Assembly: GCA_000934665.2 (NCBI GenBank)
Contig: KZ538347.1
Location: 1-64,000, forward strand
From: Catajapyx aquilonaris
Taxonomy: Eukaryota
Length of the DNA: 64,000 bases
Reading direction: 5' to 3'
Under the pieces are notes generated by a model. That model worked only from the letters and a program-made list of their open reading frames with translations, was not told where the DNA came from and ran no database searches. Position 1 is the first letter of the stretch. Every line of letters begins with the position of its first letter. Positions 23,701-38,700 of the stretch are shown in pieces. Made by a program: the position numbers and the translations under genes.

Positions 23701-26700
23701 CGATACAGAAATCCCTGATATCTCACAGCCGCAGTGCATGGCGTGTCCTGCCATAAAATCGCCTGAACTTTGAGAGAATTAGCCTTTAAAATGGGGGAAG
23801 CTCTTAAAATCCTCGGGGTCTCCTTGCTCTACTTGTTCAGGTCACCTTTTTCGGGCCAAGTTTTTTTTCTTTCTTTCTTCCAGTTAGGGAGAGGCCCCCT
23901 TGGGTAAAGAGAAGCAGCGCCATTTGGCGCCTGGAAATTAACCGTCATTATCCCGCAGCAATTAGCCGGGTGCGATTCCTCAAGTTGGGATGAATAATTG
24001 CCACGTCTTTTCAGTGCCTGGAGAGAGCAATCACGCGTCTGTAGCGAAACCTGCACAAAAGGGAGGGGGGCCCGTTTTCCCCTGATGGGGTATAGTGGAT
24101 GGATAGGCTTCCTTTTCACGTATGTGGAGCTTAGCCTGCTTTTGGCCGAGGCTTGCCCGGGTTTCCATTTCCCCCCCTCCCACTCTCCAAACTACCCCCC
24201 GTCCCCCCTCCTCTCACCGCTAAATGAAATTCCTGGGAGGTATTTGTGCTTTCAGCCTTTTGTTTTTACGCCCCGCTTTGCAGGCTTCTCCGCACCCACC
24301 CAAACCCTCGACACTCACTGGGAAGCCCACCTTTTTGAAGAGGGGACAGCAGGAGGTTTGGAGGTTGACCAGAACAGGAACAGAGAGAAAAAAAAAGAGA
24401 TTGTCACTTCCAGACATGGTGGAAAGGATTCTCAGCATTTCTCGCCCCGATAGACTCTCTTTTCGCCTGATTTAATGCCAGCTAATTTCATGCCCCATCT
24501 AGGAGTGGACCACTGAGTGGCCCTACCAGTAGACGAAGCTACCCCCGGCGTAGCTCTTGGGGTCACGGGAGAAACTCACCATCACGTGCTTCGTTTCTGT
24601 CTCCATCAGTCCCACCTTTGTGTCTTCTGACAGCCACAGTTTGGCTACTTCCTAATAAACCTAAGATACACTTGCAAAAAAGGTAAAACCGTCCTGTTTC
24701 TTAGCCTGCCATAAATAATTAGAAGTACTACTAAGCATCAACAAGCTCATTTTCCAAATAGTGTCTGCTCTTATCGGTCCCCCACTAAAATGCCCGACAG
24801 CAAGCCGAGTGAGGAAGAGAGAGAGAAAAAAAAGCATGCTCGCAAAACTCCGAAGCCCAAATGATCACCCTTTCCCCTCCTCCTAATTCGGCAGGGCCCA
24901 ACACAGCTCTGCCATCAATGGGCCCATGTCTGGCCCATTTGGAGGGGGGGCGCACCGAGAGAAAGTAGACAACATGATTCGTCCCCTGAATCAACCAGGG
25001 AAATACCCGTACCATCGTCAGTCGGGAGAGCAGCCCTCCCCCAAAAAAGGGGGTGGGTGTGGGTCTAATCCTATGCCAAAACTAACAGATTCGCAACGTG
25101 CATTCCATGTTCTGCCATGCTGACGTCCGGCTAACATTTTTTTTGGGGGAGTTCCGACTCCGAGACTGCGGGAAATGAAAATTCACTCGCATGCCATTGG
25201 CAATGATTTTTATGCGGGGGTCTGGATTAATTTTACCACTCCCCGGCTTCAACCGTACTGGGCGATTACGGGCCACAGCAGTGATCTCTGGATCAGGTAA
25301 CTGCCAGGTATAAAAACTAGGCAACTGTATTATTCAAATGCGTAATGGATTTCACTGCACGCTGACAACGCATCTGGGGTTTTTTTTTGGGTGGGGCAGG
25401 AGCAACGGTCACACTATTAAGCTGCAGTTTTGATATGCAAGCCAAGTTGCACGAATGCATAAAATATCCACAATGCATGCAATTGAATCGATACGGTTTA
25501 TTAGGAAGGAGCCAAAGCAAGTAACTGGCTATAAAAAGATACAAAGATGGGACAGATGGAGAAAGAAACGAACACAGTTGACCAACCCTGTTAAAATTTC
25601 TGAGCAACAATCTAGTAGAATTATCTATGAAAACGATTTAATTAAGGGCGAAGGTAGGTGGGGGGTGGGGATGGTGTGCGTTTCATTAAGATAATCGATA
25701 GAACAAATTGGCGCAGGGCCTATGGCAGGCCACAAAGCAAACGAAGGCGGACCAAGTTTTGGTTGGCACGTGTAAACAGCTCACGTGCTGCCTAACCAAG
25801 CGGGCGTCTTGGTAGTAAATTCGCTGGCTGAGCAGAAGACACTAGAGAGCCCACGTCTCCTTAATTGGAGCCAACATTATCTGGCGGCACAGGCTCGTTC
25901 CTCCAACACAAGCCTCAGCACAGCAGAGACAAGAGAAGGAAGGAACATTGAGTATGCTGCTGGTAACCTTCCCAACAATCGATGGGGTTTGAGTGTGAGT
26001 GTGTGTGTGTCCGGACTAATGGTCGACTCGGACACAAGCACCATTTGCGGGATTACAAGTGCCGTTCGGATCCTTTTCCCAAACGCCTTCAGTTCGGTTC
26101 CCCGGATTATAATCTAATCCCCAAACTGCCCCCGTGCTCCAATTTACACCGGATCCGTGCTGGCCCTCGCTTAAAAAAAAGGAGACCCGGGGAACAATAA
26201 TAGCACCGATTATAATCCGGTTGGGCATTGGCAGCATTGGGCTTAAAGGTAGGAAGGATTCTTCCTTTCATCACTGGAAGGGATGGAATCAACAGGTGGC
26301 TTTAAGATGGTGGGCGGGAAACCGGAAAAGGCTCTTGGAGACCTGCACGTACTCTCTTTTTTTTCTCTACTTCTCACCCCCCCTTTGCTCCTATCCGGAG
26401 TCTGAGAAACCTGAGACACATACGGGCTCCGATCTCTAGAGAGGCGAAAAAGCCGCCTCTAGAATCATAAGGTGTGAAGGGGCCAAAAAAAAAAAATCAA
26501 TCCCGGATAATTCGAGTGGGCGAATAAAACGGACCCAAGTGGCTATCACCTACACGGCCGCAGGAAATTAATAGACGCCAGGAAATAAGGCTTCGGATCT
26601 TAACAAGGTCCGAAAAGTTTGTGGGAGAAGACTCGCAAGTGTAGCGCCAATTTCGCCAAACAGTACCTTTTGAACTATAACTATTGCTATATCAACACAT

Positions 26701-29700
26701 ATGAAGGGCTAGGGAGAAAAAATGTGTTAACCGTCATTTCACTGGACGTTAACATATTGTTCTCCCAAGCCCTTCGTATATAAGTACTTGATCATATCAG
26801 AGGTCGAAATATTCAGATGTAAAGGTGCAATTTGCACTCCAAATACACACGTTCTGTTTGGAAATAACTTGATTGGTTGCACGTCAAAATTATTATTTGC
26901 TTTCCAAAGTGACCCATGGAGTGCAAAGTTTGCACCCCAGTTGGTCCTGTTTTTTTATAAACATAGCTAAACCCAATAATTAAACATTCCAAATAATTTG
27001 CACTCCAGATGAAAGTTTCGAGTGCAAAATTTGCATAGCCCCCCCCCCCCCCAAAAAAAAACAACAACTTAAGATTCGACCCCTGTGATATGTATAGAGG
27101 AGTCAGGCCAAATGATTACACAAAATGTTGTCCTTACCTGATAGAGCACGTCGAGGGTGACAGGATAGACCATGTGCTCTATGATTACACGAAGAACTGT
27201 GTTGGGCCCGCCCTGAGTTTCGGTTTGTCCCACGAGGGCTTGCGCCGCCTGCAGCGCCGCCTGAGCCGATGCGTTCTGTAACAAAAACACAAAAAAAAAA
27301 ATTAGTACAAATAGTCACCCCCCAAAAAATGGAGCAAAAGTAGGCGATCCTATTCCCAGAGCATATATAGCAGGCCAGTGTATGCACAAATATGACCAAA
27401 TATTACTTCCGGGCACTCCACTTAACTGTCCTTCGGCTCCTGCCCTGCCTGCCTGATTCTCTCCCCTGCCCGTGTCCAAATTCCATTACTTCGGCCCCAA
27501 TGCTGTTTCAAAAAATAACCGCCCCAGCTGGAAAATTGGATTAGGCCACCGAGCTCTTGTGCGGCGGCAATTGTTCGGCGGAATTGGCCAGAACCGCCCC
27601 CCCCCCCCTTCCCCCATCCCTCCCAGCATCCCCACTTCTCCCCTCCAGCAGCAGCAGCAGGGTCCAGATAAGCCGCAGCTTCTGAGAGGTCTTGCACCAG
27701 CACGGATAGCCTTTTCTCCTTTGCAAAACCCTGCACTGCAGTGGACACCCGCAGTCCATGCAAAACGGCTCGCTTTTGGTTATAAAAGAGGGGGACACCT
27801 ACTTTTGGCACTTTCCGTTTGCCTTTTAATCCATCAATGGCGGACACTGATTCCTAGCTAATAAGATTATGCGACCAACATGGGCGAGTGCGCGGTCGGT
27901 CGCAAAAAAAAAGTGCGCTCAATTCACATTAGGGACAGAGGAAAACTATCCTCTTTGCATCTCTCTAAGCAATATTGCATTTTTATGCACTTTTTTGCAA
28001 TTCGGATTTTCGGCACTTAGATATGTACGCTGGATGAGTGGACGTGGGCAATGGGTTGAAATTTTCGACGTTGGTAGAGTGCCACTCTTACTTGGCCACA
28101 ATTGACAGGCGGACAGGTGAAACGGTTCAGCCCACGCACTCGGTCGTGTACGGCTGTCACGACCCACAGAAAGACGAAAATGCAATGGTGTGAATCGGAC
28201 ATATCAAGCTCTAATCACAACGGGTAATATTCAGAAACAAGGACTAGCTCTGAGGGGGGCTTCAAGTCCGTCGATATACGCTCTAAATGCAGTGTTTACT
28301 CTTTCCCGACAGCATTACAAAGACGAGAGAGAGAGAGACAGAAAAAAAAACCCTGAGCTAAAGGTCCGTAGGGTTTGTTCCTGGTCTCGGCCGCTGGGGT
28401 CACACGCAACACAAAAGGAAAACTGGGGCCGTCCAGCCCAGGTCTCCTTTCCTCCGATCCATCAAAGTGACGTTGAGACAAGAGCACACCCCACCCACTT
28501 AATCAGGTAGAAGGAGAGGTCCCCAAGGGCACCCTAACTTACGACTCGACATTGTCCGGAAGAGAGGCCGCTCTCTCTTCCCCTACTATACACACAGCAT
28601 GGCGCATTGCTCAAGTCCATCAGTGGTACAAGAAGGTCGCATAGTGAATTTTTTTTAAAAAAAATAAGAAAAAAAGCTGCTGATCATTACCAGTAAGTAA
28701 GCAACGATGAGTGTTCGACACCAACTCATATTGCATGTAGCTACATCTTAATGTCTTGGTCAGTGCACCACCCTGTACAAGGTGTATAGTGCAAAACACT
28801 CTGGTTGCCAGGCCTCGGTTTCTAGCTACGCCTCGTTAGCTGCCTTCCTTGGCTCGCACCGCAAGGAGGGCCATAAATCCGGGCCTCCATTTAATTAATT
28901 GAAAGAGCGGAATGCGCGTCGCACCCCCTCTACACACATTACATACTTTTAAAAAAACAAAAAAAACAGGAGGTCACGGAGGGCAAGAGGATGTGGTTCA
29001 GAATCTTTTCAAAGTTAGAGGCAAGTTCGACATACTTTTGGGTCTTGCTTCGTAATTAAGGTAGGCCTGTTTTTTTGAGGGGGGTGTAAGTAAATCCTCG
29101 TTTAACAGCTCCTCTTGGGCATTAAGTGGCTCTGGGAAGGAATGGGGTGGAGGCAGCTCTAAAACGAATGCGCGTGCCGCTCCTTTCCTTTATTGCCAGA
29201 CGAATGTCAGAGAAATTAACACAGTTGTCACGTCCTTAACCCCCCCACTGCCGCTCCCGGATTTATCCCACCTTAACTAGTCAGACTCCTCCTAGGGCTT
29301 AATACCTTCCCGTTTTTCTAAACCTGGGATTCATCCTGACAGCCAGGCCACCGCAGGATTGTTCGCTGCACTGCATAACCGACAGGATCAAGGAGAAGGT
29401 ATACCCAACGTGTCATCCCCAGCAAAAAAAGTCGCTTCATCACACCCAAAGCACAGAATTACATTGAAATTTGACAACGGACCTCGTTCCAAGTCAAATA
29501 ACGAACCACCCACCAATTTCCCCCCGTCTTCTTCCAATCACCGCATAATGCCACCCTTCCCTTTTTCCCAAGCTTCAATTTGTCCCATCGCGACTCTTTA
29601 TTACCATCAAGCTGCCAAAAGGCACCCGGGAGTGAATTTCAAGCTTTTTTTTCTCTCCCCCCACCCCACCCCCACCAAAACCCTCTCTCCATCTATTTTT

Positions 29701-32700
29701 TTTCTTCTTTTCTTCTTTCTGTCCTCACACAGTTCGTTCTTATTCCAGTCAGAACCTCCCAAGCCCGATTGGTCGCAAGTTTTGAGCCTCCCCCCTCCAA
29801 GCACCAACTCTTTCCACCCAGCTCACAACCATCAGGACTCGAAATTACTATTTGGGAACGTCATCCTGAACCCCGAGTAATCCGCAACCGGTGTCAAATT
29901 AGAGGAGTTGCACTGACTTTCCCGCCCGATTTCGAACAGGTCACTTCAAATCCTCTTACAGGGCTTTGTGCAGCCTCTTTCATTACGGACTTCATATGTT
30001 GCAACCTTTTTTTTGGAAAAAAAGGAGGTCAGAGAGTCAGAACCGCACGGTATGATTATACCGGATTAAACGGAAAAGTGATCCTTTCCCCTCCCCAACA
30101 TTTTTCCGGGGTTTTTTTTGCGGTGAATGATCCGGGTGGGTTCTAAAACCTTGCCTCAACAAGAGGTCTACAGCATCTCGAGTTCTATTAGCATAACGAA
30201 GGGCTGGAGGGAACGGAAGCTGGCCTCTAATCCGCAATGGTAGCCATGCGTCTTAAGAGTTAATTCCAACCCACTTTACACTCCGATCCCTATAGAAATT
30301 AAGTGCCGGAGTTAACGAATCCGGGGGCCTGCAGGAGGCTCCTTCCCGCCTCAATCAAAAGCCCGAGGACCCCAACGGCAAACAAAACCTCGACCCAGGG
30401 AGAGTTTCCCTCCGCCCCCGTTTTCCGGACTTAATTACGGAAAGGATTTTAAGTATCACTTGAGGTGGGATCCTCGTTAGCTATTCTTCGCTACAAGNTG
30501 ACAAACAAACCGGATTTTTGTGTTTGTAAAAAGCTATTCAATCACTATAATGCAACGATGATGATGATGTGTGACAATCATGGGTGGAATTTTCCTGTCA
30601 CTGATAGTTACTGCTAACTCACATTGTTAAGGTAATTTCCATGGAAGTCCCAACGCGATTCACAAACAATATGGCCTTCACCACCGCAGACCGCAGGCCT
30701 AGAAATAAGCGAGCGGTTTCCTATAGTCTGATTTTTTAAAAGGCTATTGAAACTGCCAGATTTTACTCAAATATGTTGTGACAAACCCGATAAATTAGAG
30801 CAATATAGGATGAGCTGGGGGTATAAGGCTATAACAGGGTGTGCCAGTAGTACCACAGGAAATTGGCTGGACTATGTATACTGTATACATTAATTGGGTT
30901 AACAAATCCGAGTTTGAAATTGCGCAGATTCCCCTGTCGTAGTAACCTCATTTTAAAACGCCACAACTCAATTCGGGCAACTCTGTAGGTTCATCCCAGG
31001 TGGACCGCTGGCATGTCCGAAACATGAAGGATCCCTGATTAGCCTTGAGGACAAGTTTACCATTGGGATACGGTTAATTTTCTAAAAACAATTACCGGGG
31101 GGAGGGGGGGGGGGACAAGAAAGTGAATCTACAGTGCTTATTACCGTGATACTAGAGGACTGGATTGGCATCCATGAGAATTAGTGTCACGATGGCCTGA
31201 AACCTACTGCCAAAATGTTCCTCTTCTGTCTGTTTTTTTGTGTATATAAACAGGGGAAGGGGGCGACTATCACAAGACAGGACGTGTTAGTTGATCCCCT
31301 CCCCCCCAACTGAACCGAGGGGGTGTGTATCAGACCCCAGCTCATGAATAGGGGAAAACCTGCTGTTTTTGTATAATGAATCCCGGGGCTTGATTCATGG
31401 AAATAAATAATTGATGGCGCTTGGGAACCCTCGCTGACTAGCCAGATTTCGCGATTGCATTATCGTTGTGACAGCCCGATTAGGATTAGCCAGGGTTAGA
31501 TCATTGGCTAGCACACTGCTGGTGGCGACACACGGCTGTTAATGGACGAATACTTATTTCACACCCTGTTGCCACCTCCACTTTTTTTATTATGGTTCAT
31601 TCCGAGATGTTAATCACGGTTTGCATCTAACAGTATAACAAGGTGAATTTTTGGCACGTCGCAACTGCTGAAATTTCATGATCGCCCTTGCTGCTACAGG
31701 GGGGGCCTTATTAAAAATCAATTACATCCCCTCAATGTAACCATATATCAGGATCCCTCGGCAAGAAATTTGACGCCATGGACTTAATAAGGGAAGGAAA
31801 GCCCCCTCTCCCACCTCCCTCCAATATCACCCCCTACTGGCGCAGAAGCAATCATCCTAATGAAAAAAGCAATTTTGAGGTCTGAGACATGGCGCGGATG
31901 GAAAAACAAGGCTCGGGAAGCAGAGGACGGCCATGATCTGAAGAAGGATGGAAAGAAGGAAAGGATAGGGGTGAATCCCACCGTCACTTTCAAGCTCGAC
32001 TAACCAACCACCCTTTTCCCCCCCTCTTCCATCCCAAGACAAGACGCAAATGAGCTTCCGGAGACAGCCAATCCGCCTTCGTCACCATCGACTCCCAGCA
32101 GGCAATGAAAGTGATTTTAAGACAGACAAAAGCGAAAATCACACACACACGTCTCAAAGGAAAATTGGGCATTTCTTGAGGTCTTCTTGTTGGCGCCATC
32201 AATAATGGAGATGCGGCAAAAGCACAGGCTTATATCCTCCGGGCCTGGGCTACAACATTTAGCGGTCCCGAGAGAGGTCACCATATGATGAGAAAGTATC
32301 ACTCCCCTTAATCTCCACTGCATTATGCACATCAAAGGTTTCCGCATGATCCTTCCATACATCCTTAATTAATTAACTGTGCAGCTTGTTAATTCCCACT
32401 GGCTCTCAGGGCCCGCCAAATGGCTTTTTCAAGCACAAGCGAGGCTCTATGCAGGGGGGTAATTCTCTCGCCCGAAAATAAGAGGCAGGCCCGCCCCCTC
32501 TCTCTCTCAAAAAAAATTTTTTTTTACAGAGTACAGGGCCCCTCCTCTTGTCCAAATTAATCTGCTAGCCTTCATCGAGATGCCCTCAATTATACACAGG
32601 CCTGATTGTTCGACACCTTGTTGATGGGAAAATTCGGCATATTTCCGCTGCATACGAAATCTGCAATATTAACGGCTAGAAATTTGCGGTCAATTCCTGA

Positions 32701-35700
32701 GTTCGATTCCCGGATCGGACGTTTCATGAATCTGTCTCTTTAAGGGCCTGAAATGGCCTTAGTTGCCTCGGCATAAACCAAACCACACCCTGGCAGATTA
32801 CAAGGCGCACATGCCATCCACCAGCACACGTTTGTCATTAGCCGCCCACATATACGTGACATGTAATCGTTGTTGGTCTCCATGTCAAGGTCCATCAATG
32901 CGAGATTAGGTGACGAGGTTGGCCGGGCCACGAAGTTTGTGTGAGGGGGGAAGGGGAAGGAGGAGAGGGTTTTTTTGGGGGGTTGCCTGGAGTCGGAAAA
33001 ACACGACCAGTCACGCACGCCTCATTTGAATAATCGACGTTTCTGACGGTCTCGTTAGCCCAACGAAGAAGCCGGTCCCTTGTTTACACGTCAACAAAGC
33101 CCCCTCCTATAGCTGCTCTCTATTTTGGCCTCGTCCACCCAGTGGTGGACTGCAAATGGACGGAAACACCCTGTACTAAGAACCAGATTTATCCAGATTC
33201 ATACTTGCACCATTGAAGTGCATATAGAGTGCGACCAATTTTGAGGAGCCTCCCCAATCCTTGGCCTGCTTAGCCGTGTCTGGCGGTACGAGGATTGAAT
33301 AATTTCATTGCCGAGTGATTTCCTTCCCTCGTCCTTTCAGTGGCTGCCGAAACACAAAAGGCGAAGCGACCCAACTTGGGGCCCCATACATCCACGTCAG
33401 CCGGTTACAAAAAGGAACAGTAATTCCGGGCCTGTTACGCAACCGGGCTGCCTCCATCTCTCTCTCAGCCTGAAGCAGCAGCAGCGTTCATAACCAAAAT
33501 GAACCCGGCGGGCCAATTATTACGACCTTCTTCTACGAAGATAACAGCATGGCAAGTGCCACAGAGAGGCAGCCGTAACAGAAAGAGATGATTTCCCAAT
33601 ATTCCATCCCCCTCCTACTTCTCTCTTGCCTTGCTCGGCAAACTCATTCCAACTTGTACCACCCCCGGTTCATGCTGGAAGGAGACTAATTTCCAGACGT
33701 TTCTCTTGTTCCCCAAACTGCATGCGAGCTTTTGGGATCGCGACTCTAGACATGCTCCAGACACTAGATTCTGTGATTTAGTCTCCCTATAGAGTTGGCT
33801 CATAAGCTGCTGGGGAACAATTTCGTATTGGACTGGCCAAACGGACTGTCCAATTATGCAACTGATAAGCATCACTTACCGCGTTGGAGTGCGTCTGGTC
33901 CGTCTTGAGCTCTTTGTGGTTGGAAAACTGCACGTAGACGGACCGTCCTCGAAGCTGGGCCACACAGTTGGTGAAATAGTTGACCATGGTGGTGGCCGCT
34001 GCCTCGTCAGCCATCTCCAGAAAAGCCTGCAAAGGACAGGGAAAAAATAAGGTATATATATATAGAGAGAGAGCTGGGAGAAAGAGAGAGGGGGAGGGGG
34101 GGAACGTAAGTCACTTTTTCCCTCTAGAGACCTCTTGAGTTGACTCCACATATAAGCCAGGGCCACGGTTTTCAATTCCTGGCCACAGATCCTTCTCTTC
34201 CATTTGATCCGAGCGGGCCTCCCGGGACCCTTGGCCTTTTTGGCCTTTCTCAACAGACGCCAGCTTCCATTTTGTCCGCTGCTAGCCACTCGATCTGACG
34301 GCCACTTAGCAACTTTATTGACCCTTGCGATTCCGGCTGCCCTCAATCGCCTCACTCCGGACCCTCCTCTCGAGGCCCCCGCCGAAAAATCCGGACGATT
34401 CAAATTAGCCTCGAAAAACGTGACGGAAGTTGTCCTTGCTGTATAGGCTCTCCTTTTTTTGCGTGTGTATTTTTGCTCTGGGGCACTTTACAGGGCAATT
34501 CACGTAGGATCTCATCCTTCCAATAAAGCTCACTCTTCTAAGGCTTTCGGGACACGAGACGAATTTTTAAAAAGTCCCCTTCCCCGTCAGTGCAAATAGC
34601 TCTAATAACCGGGCTCCACTCGGAGGCCAAGGAGGCCCCCCCAAAAACGTGCCTTTTGGCCCGAAGGGAAAAAAAAGGGAACCAGGGTGGGGCTCATCAT
34701 CCCAATTGCAAGGAAAAGCCTTCTTACATGCACCTTTTTTTTCTTCTTTCCGTGAGAACACCATCTTTACGCTCTAGTCCTATACAAAGCGGGCCATTAG
34801 AAAAATTGCAGGGGGGGGGGGGTATTGTTGGCGCAATTCATTACGGCGCGGTCAGAGGCTGCGTTTCCTTTTCAGGGCATGAAAATGTCCCCTCTGCCCA
34901 ATTTTGCCAATGACTCCCTGTGACTAAGCCCTTTTGTGTTGCGGGGGGGCACCTACAGGCATCTTGTCTAGAGAAAAGGCATTGCAGTTTTTTGTTTGCC
35001 ACCGGCCATTCGAAGCTGCAAACTATCGATTCTCCTTTTTAGGTCCACTAGCTCACACACACACACACGCCGTCCCCTCTTTTGTCCTCAGGTTTCACCC
35101 TCACTATGTGCCCCCCATCGACGCCCTAAAAACGCTCATGTTTCAGAGGAATTGAATGGATGCTGCTTGTCCGGATTTAATTAACCTTGCAGTCGGAAGG
35201 TGAAGAATGTGGAAGAGCAAGTCGAGGAATATCTCACAATGCAATTTGGGGCACTGCCGCCGCCGCCGCTCTGGCTCGGCGAAAATGAGACATATTGCCA
35301 ACTTGTGCACCAGCTGTGAAGAGTACAGCTCAGTAATTCGCAGATTTTTTTTTTTTAGGGGGGGTGGGGGAATAAAACTCGAACATCTAGCTTCCCATAC
35401 TTTTGGTTGGAGCCCGCTGAAAAGTTTGTCTCTTCCCATATATAGAGTCGCATTCCGACGTTGATTGCGAGGTCGACTGACGAAAACGCCTTCGCACTAT
35501 GAATAATTGGAATTAAAAGTTCAAATGGTAAAGTCTCGTGGGGCTTCTACAGCGTTGCACTTCTGGGCTTACAAGATTGATAAGCTCTCTGCCGAATGTG
35601 ACTGACGCGTATAATTACATCCGTATATTATTACAGAGGATTGCAGTCAGCCCTAGAGACTGTCCCAAGGTATACGTCCCAAGTGAATTAAGCTATTCAC

Positions 35701-38700
35701 AAAAGAGGTAAACCTCTCCAACTGTACTCTGGCAGGTACAACCAGTGCTGCACAGCATTACAGGTTCTCCATTGGAAAATTTAAGCCTCAGAAGCTCGTA
35801 GCTCATTACTTGAGAAGGAAGGAAAGGTATATATAGACATATATAAAAAATCTCTTAACAAAGTCGAATTGGGGAGGGAGGGCTTCCAGGGCTCTGCTTT
35901 TAATCGTTTCAAGTGCTTAGGAGCGGCATGGGAAATGAAGGGCCTTCGACTTAGAGCCGGCACAACAAGTCATTTGGGGCGAAAAGAACTCCTTGGCCCC
36001 AACCCTCTTCCTCTTCCCCCCAGCCCCTTATTCCTCTCTTGCTGCAACGTTTAGGGGCCTTCCAAGAGCCCTCCATGTCTCCCGGGACCACCTAGAAGCC
36101 AACTTTTCCACGGGACAAGCCGATTTTCCTTCAGACCTCTTTTGCTATTAGCCCATAGTCACAGGGCACACTACTTTACTCCAAGCCATTTTCGGCCTGA
36201 GTAGGTCGGCACATGACTCAAAGCGACTGCTCGGCCGAGTGGAATTTCAGGGGGGAGGCAAAAATATATATATAAAATGAGCTCGTCACTTAAGCCACTT
36301 TTCCTCCAGTAAGTAGACTGCTTCTCAGGAAGAAAAAAAAAAATCCTTCCTCCTCCCACATCCAATCTTCCTTCTGCTTTATTTAGTGCTGCGTACAGCT
36401 TGCTAACGATACCAGCAAATCGGCGCCAACCACGCAAATTGGACGCAAAAGCGTGGAGTCGGATTTTCCGGCCCATTAAATGAGCCTGCACGACTTGGGA
36501 TGCAAGTTTGGAAATTCTCAGACGCTTCCCTCCAAATGCTGCCAGAAGAAAGAACCGAGAGAGAGAGAGATAGAAAAAAAACCGTCATTTAAGTACCACG
36601 GTTGCGTCCTTGTATTATCCTCCCAGTCGCGTGCAAAAACCGTCTCTTTTTTTTCGTTATTTACTCCGCTCCCTTGTTGCCTACTTGCAAACATGGGTAT
36701 TGACATTTAGCAGGTCCCAATTCGTACATTCATGGGCAGGCCTTCATGCAAAATTCAGGTCCCAATTGTGGTTTTCTTCGGTCCCGCGGCCTGCCCTCCG
36801 CATGTATCTTCCGGACAGACGTCTAGTAACATGCATGGGTAGGAGGGGTTGGCTTATTCCCTGTGGTCCAATCACATCCGCAACCAGCAATCACTCGCAA
36901 TTGATCAAGCCCATACGAGAACCTCCCCCCCCCCCCTCAAACTAACCCTCCCAACATATTCAGCGGCAATCGTCCAGCGGCACGCAAGCCGTGGATGTAA
37001 AAGCATCCGAGCAGCAAAGGTGAAGTACTTCAAAGGCCTGCAAATACCACCCTAACATTTCCAGCTCACAAATATTAGCTCCTCCTTCCGACCATTCCAC
37101 GCCAAACATCCCCCAACTTAGTAGTAAAACTTACACAGGGTGAGTCACAACTCAATACATTTTACCGAAGTTCTTCCTCACCCTGTGCTGCTGTGCAGTT
37201 CCCAATATGTATACAGCAGACCCTTTCTACTCTTCTTTTTTTTCAATTTCCCGAGCTACTTCTTGCTCTTTTGTAGCAGATGTATACTCTGTTCAATGAT
37301 GTTGTCGTCTTTATATTTCAAACCCACTCCTTTCTCCACCTGTTCTCTTCCTGTAGGACGCAACAACAACAGTCTTCCAATTTCGGGATCTGCTGATTAA
37401 CTTTTGTCATTTCCAGTCTCCCGCCTAGGCTTTGAGTCGCAGCGCACTATTTTCCATCGGGGAGGGAGGCAGCCCGTCACTTTATTAAATTGTGACCATA
37501 TATAGGAATATGCACAATGCAACTGACAGTGCTGGGATCAGATATCAGTTTTCTGTTGCAATAAGGCGTCACCAATATAGTGTCATGTCACGCAACAGAA
37601 GTTTCGTCAAAAAATCACGAGTGCTGCATCGAACACGCCCCTCCCAAATTGTTCCAGAGACCACCCTTCCTCTTCTTTTTTGAACAAGTTTCGCACACTA
37701 TCGTGACCTGAACCGCATTCCCTGTAAGCTGGCCCAACAGATAGACCCCCTACAGGCTTCCTGTCACAAGCAGAAAGAAGAGGCTCAGGCTGCCTTCATT
37801 TTCTTCCGTCTCTCTTCCCTCTCTCCCCCCACCCATCCCACCCTCCCCTCCGTTCCATTCTTCTCCTCCAGATCAAAGGGATAGAAAGGAAGACATTGAA
37901 AGCTTCTGGAGCGAGTTGCTCACTAACAAGGCACGTAATGGCATCGGCAGCAGACGAAATGGGGACGGAACAGACCTCCAGATTACTCCAATCGAGCCCA
38001 CCACCTCCAACCAACCAACCACCCCCTATCCTTGCTTCGTAATGTGTAACATTCTCACAAGTGTTGCAACAAAGAGCCACAAATTTTATTCCGAAACCTT
38101 ACCCTCAAATTACCCGCAGAAGGAAATGCGCACGCACCTTTTTTCCCCCTCTGTTTTCATGTATTTTAACAAAAATATATCTGCCGGAATAAAATGCCTT
38201 GGAAAAAGATGACGTCGTCGTTTTACTGGAATGGAGAGCAAAAGAACAGAGGTGGAAACGAACCAGAGAACGAAGAGGAGGGGGGCGTCAGTCCGAAGAG
38301 ACCATATTAATTATTCAGGGGCATCCGAGCCCTGAATTATTAATATTTTCTGCGCCTGTCGACTACCCGGCAGAGGGATCCGTTTTCAAGTTGCGACATT
38401 CCTGGAAACACATGGGAACCAGGCCCAGATTGAGAAGACACGAGACGGTCGTTTTCCATAGGAAGAAGAAGGGGAGAGAAAAGGAGAAGATGGAAGGAGA
38501 AGAACAGAAGGTGCACTTCACCCTCCTTCTTCCTTCTCATTTTTTCTTCTTCTTATACGTCCTTGGCAATCGTTTTGAGGCGTAATGTTCGTCGGCACGC
38601 AAGACTAGCTGGAGCAGCTGGAAAAAGGAAAGAGAGGCAGAGACCTGGAAATTCCAGTAGAGGGGGGGCCAGAGAGATCCAGACAATGGAATCCGATTCT

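Noticed and set aside
38523..38640. Strong acceptor-like tract (ctctctttcctttttccag) on the minus strand
   Set aside because: No convincing donor and no PTB-like peptide.
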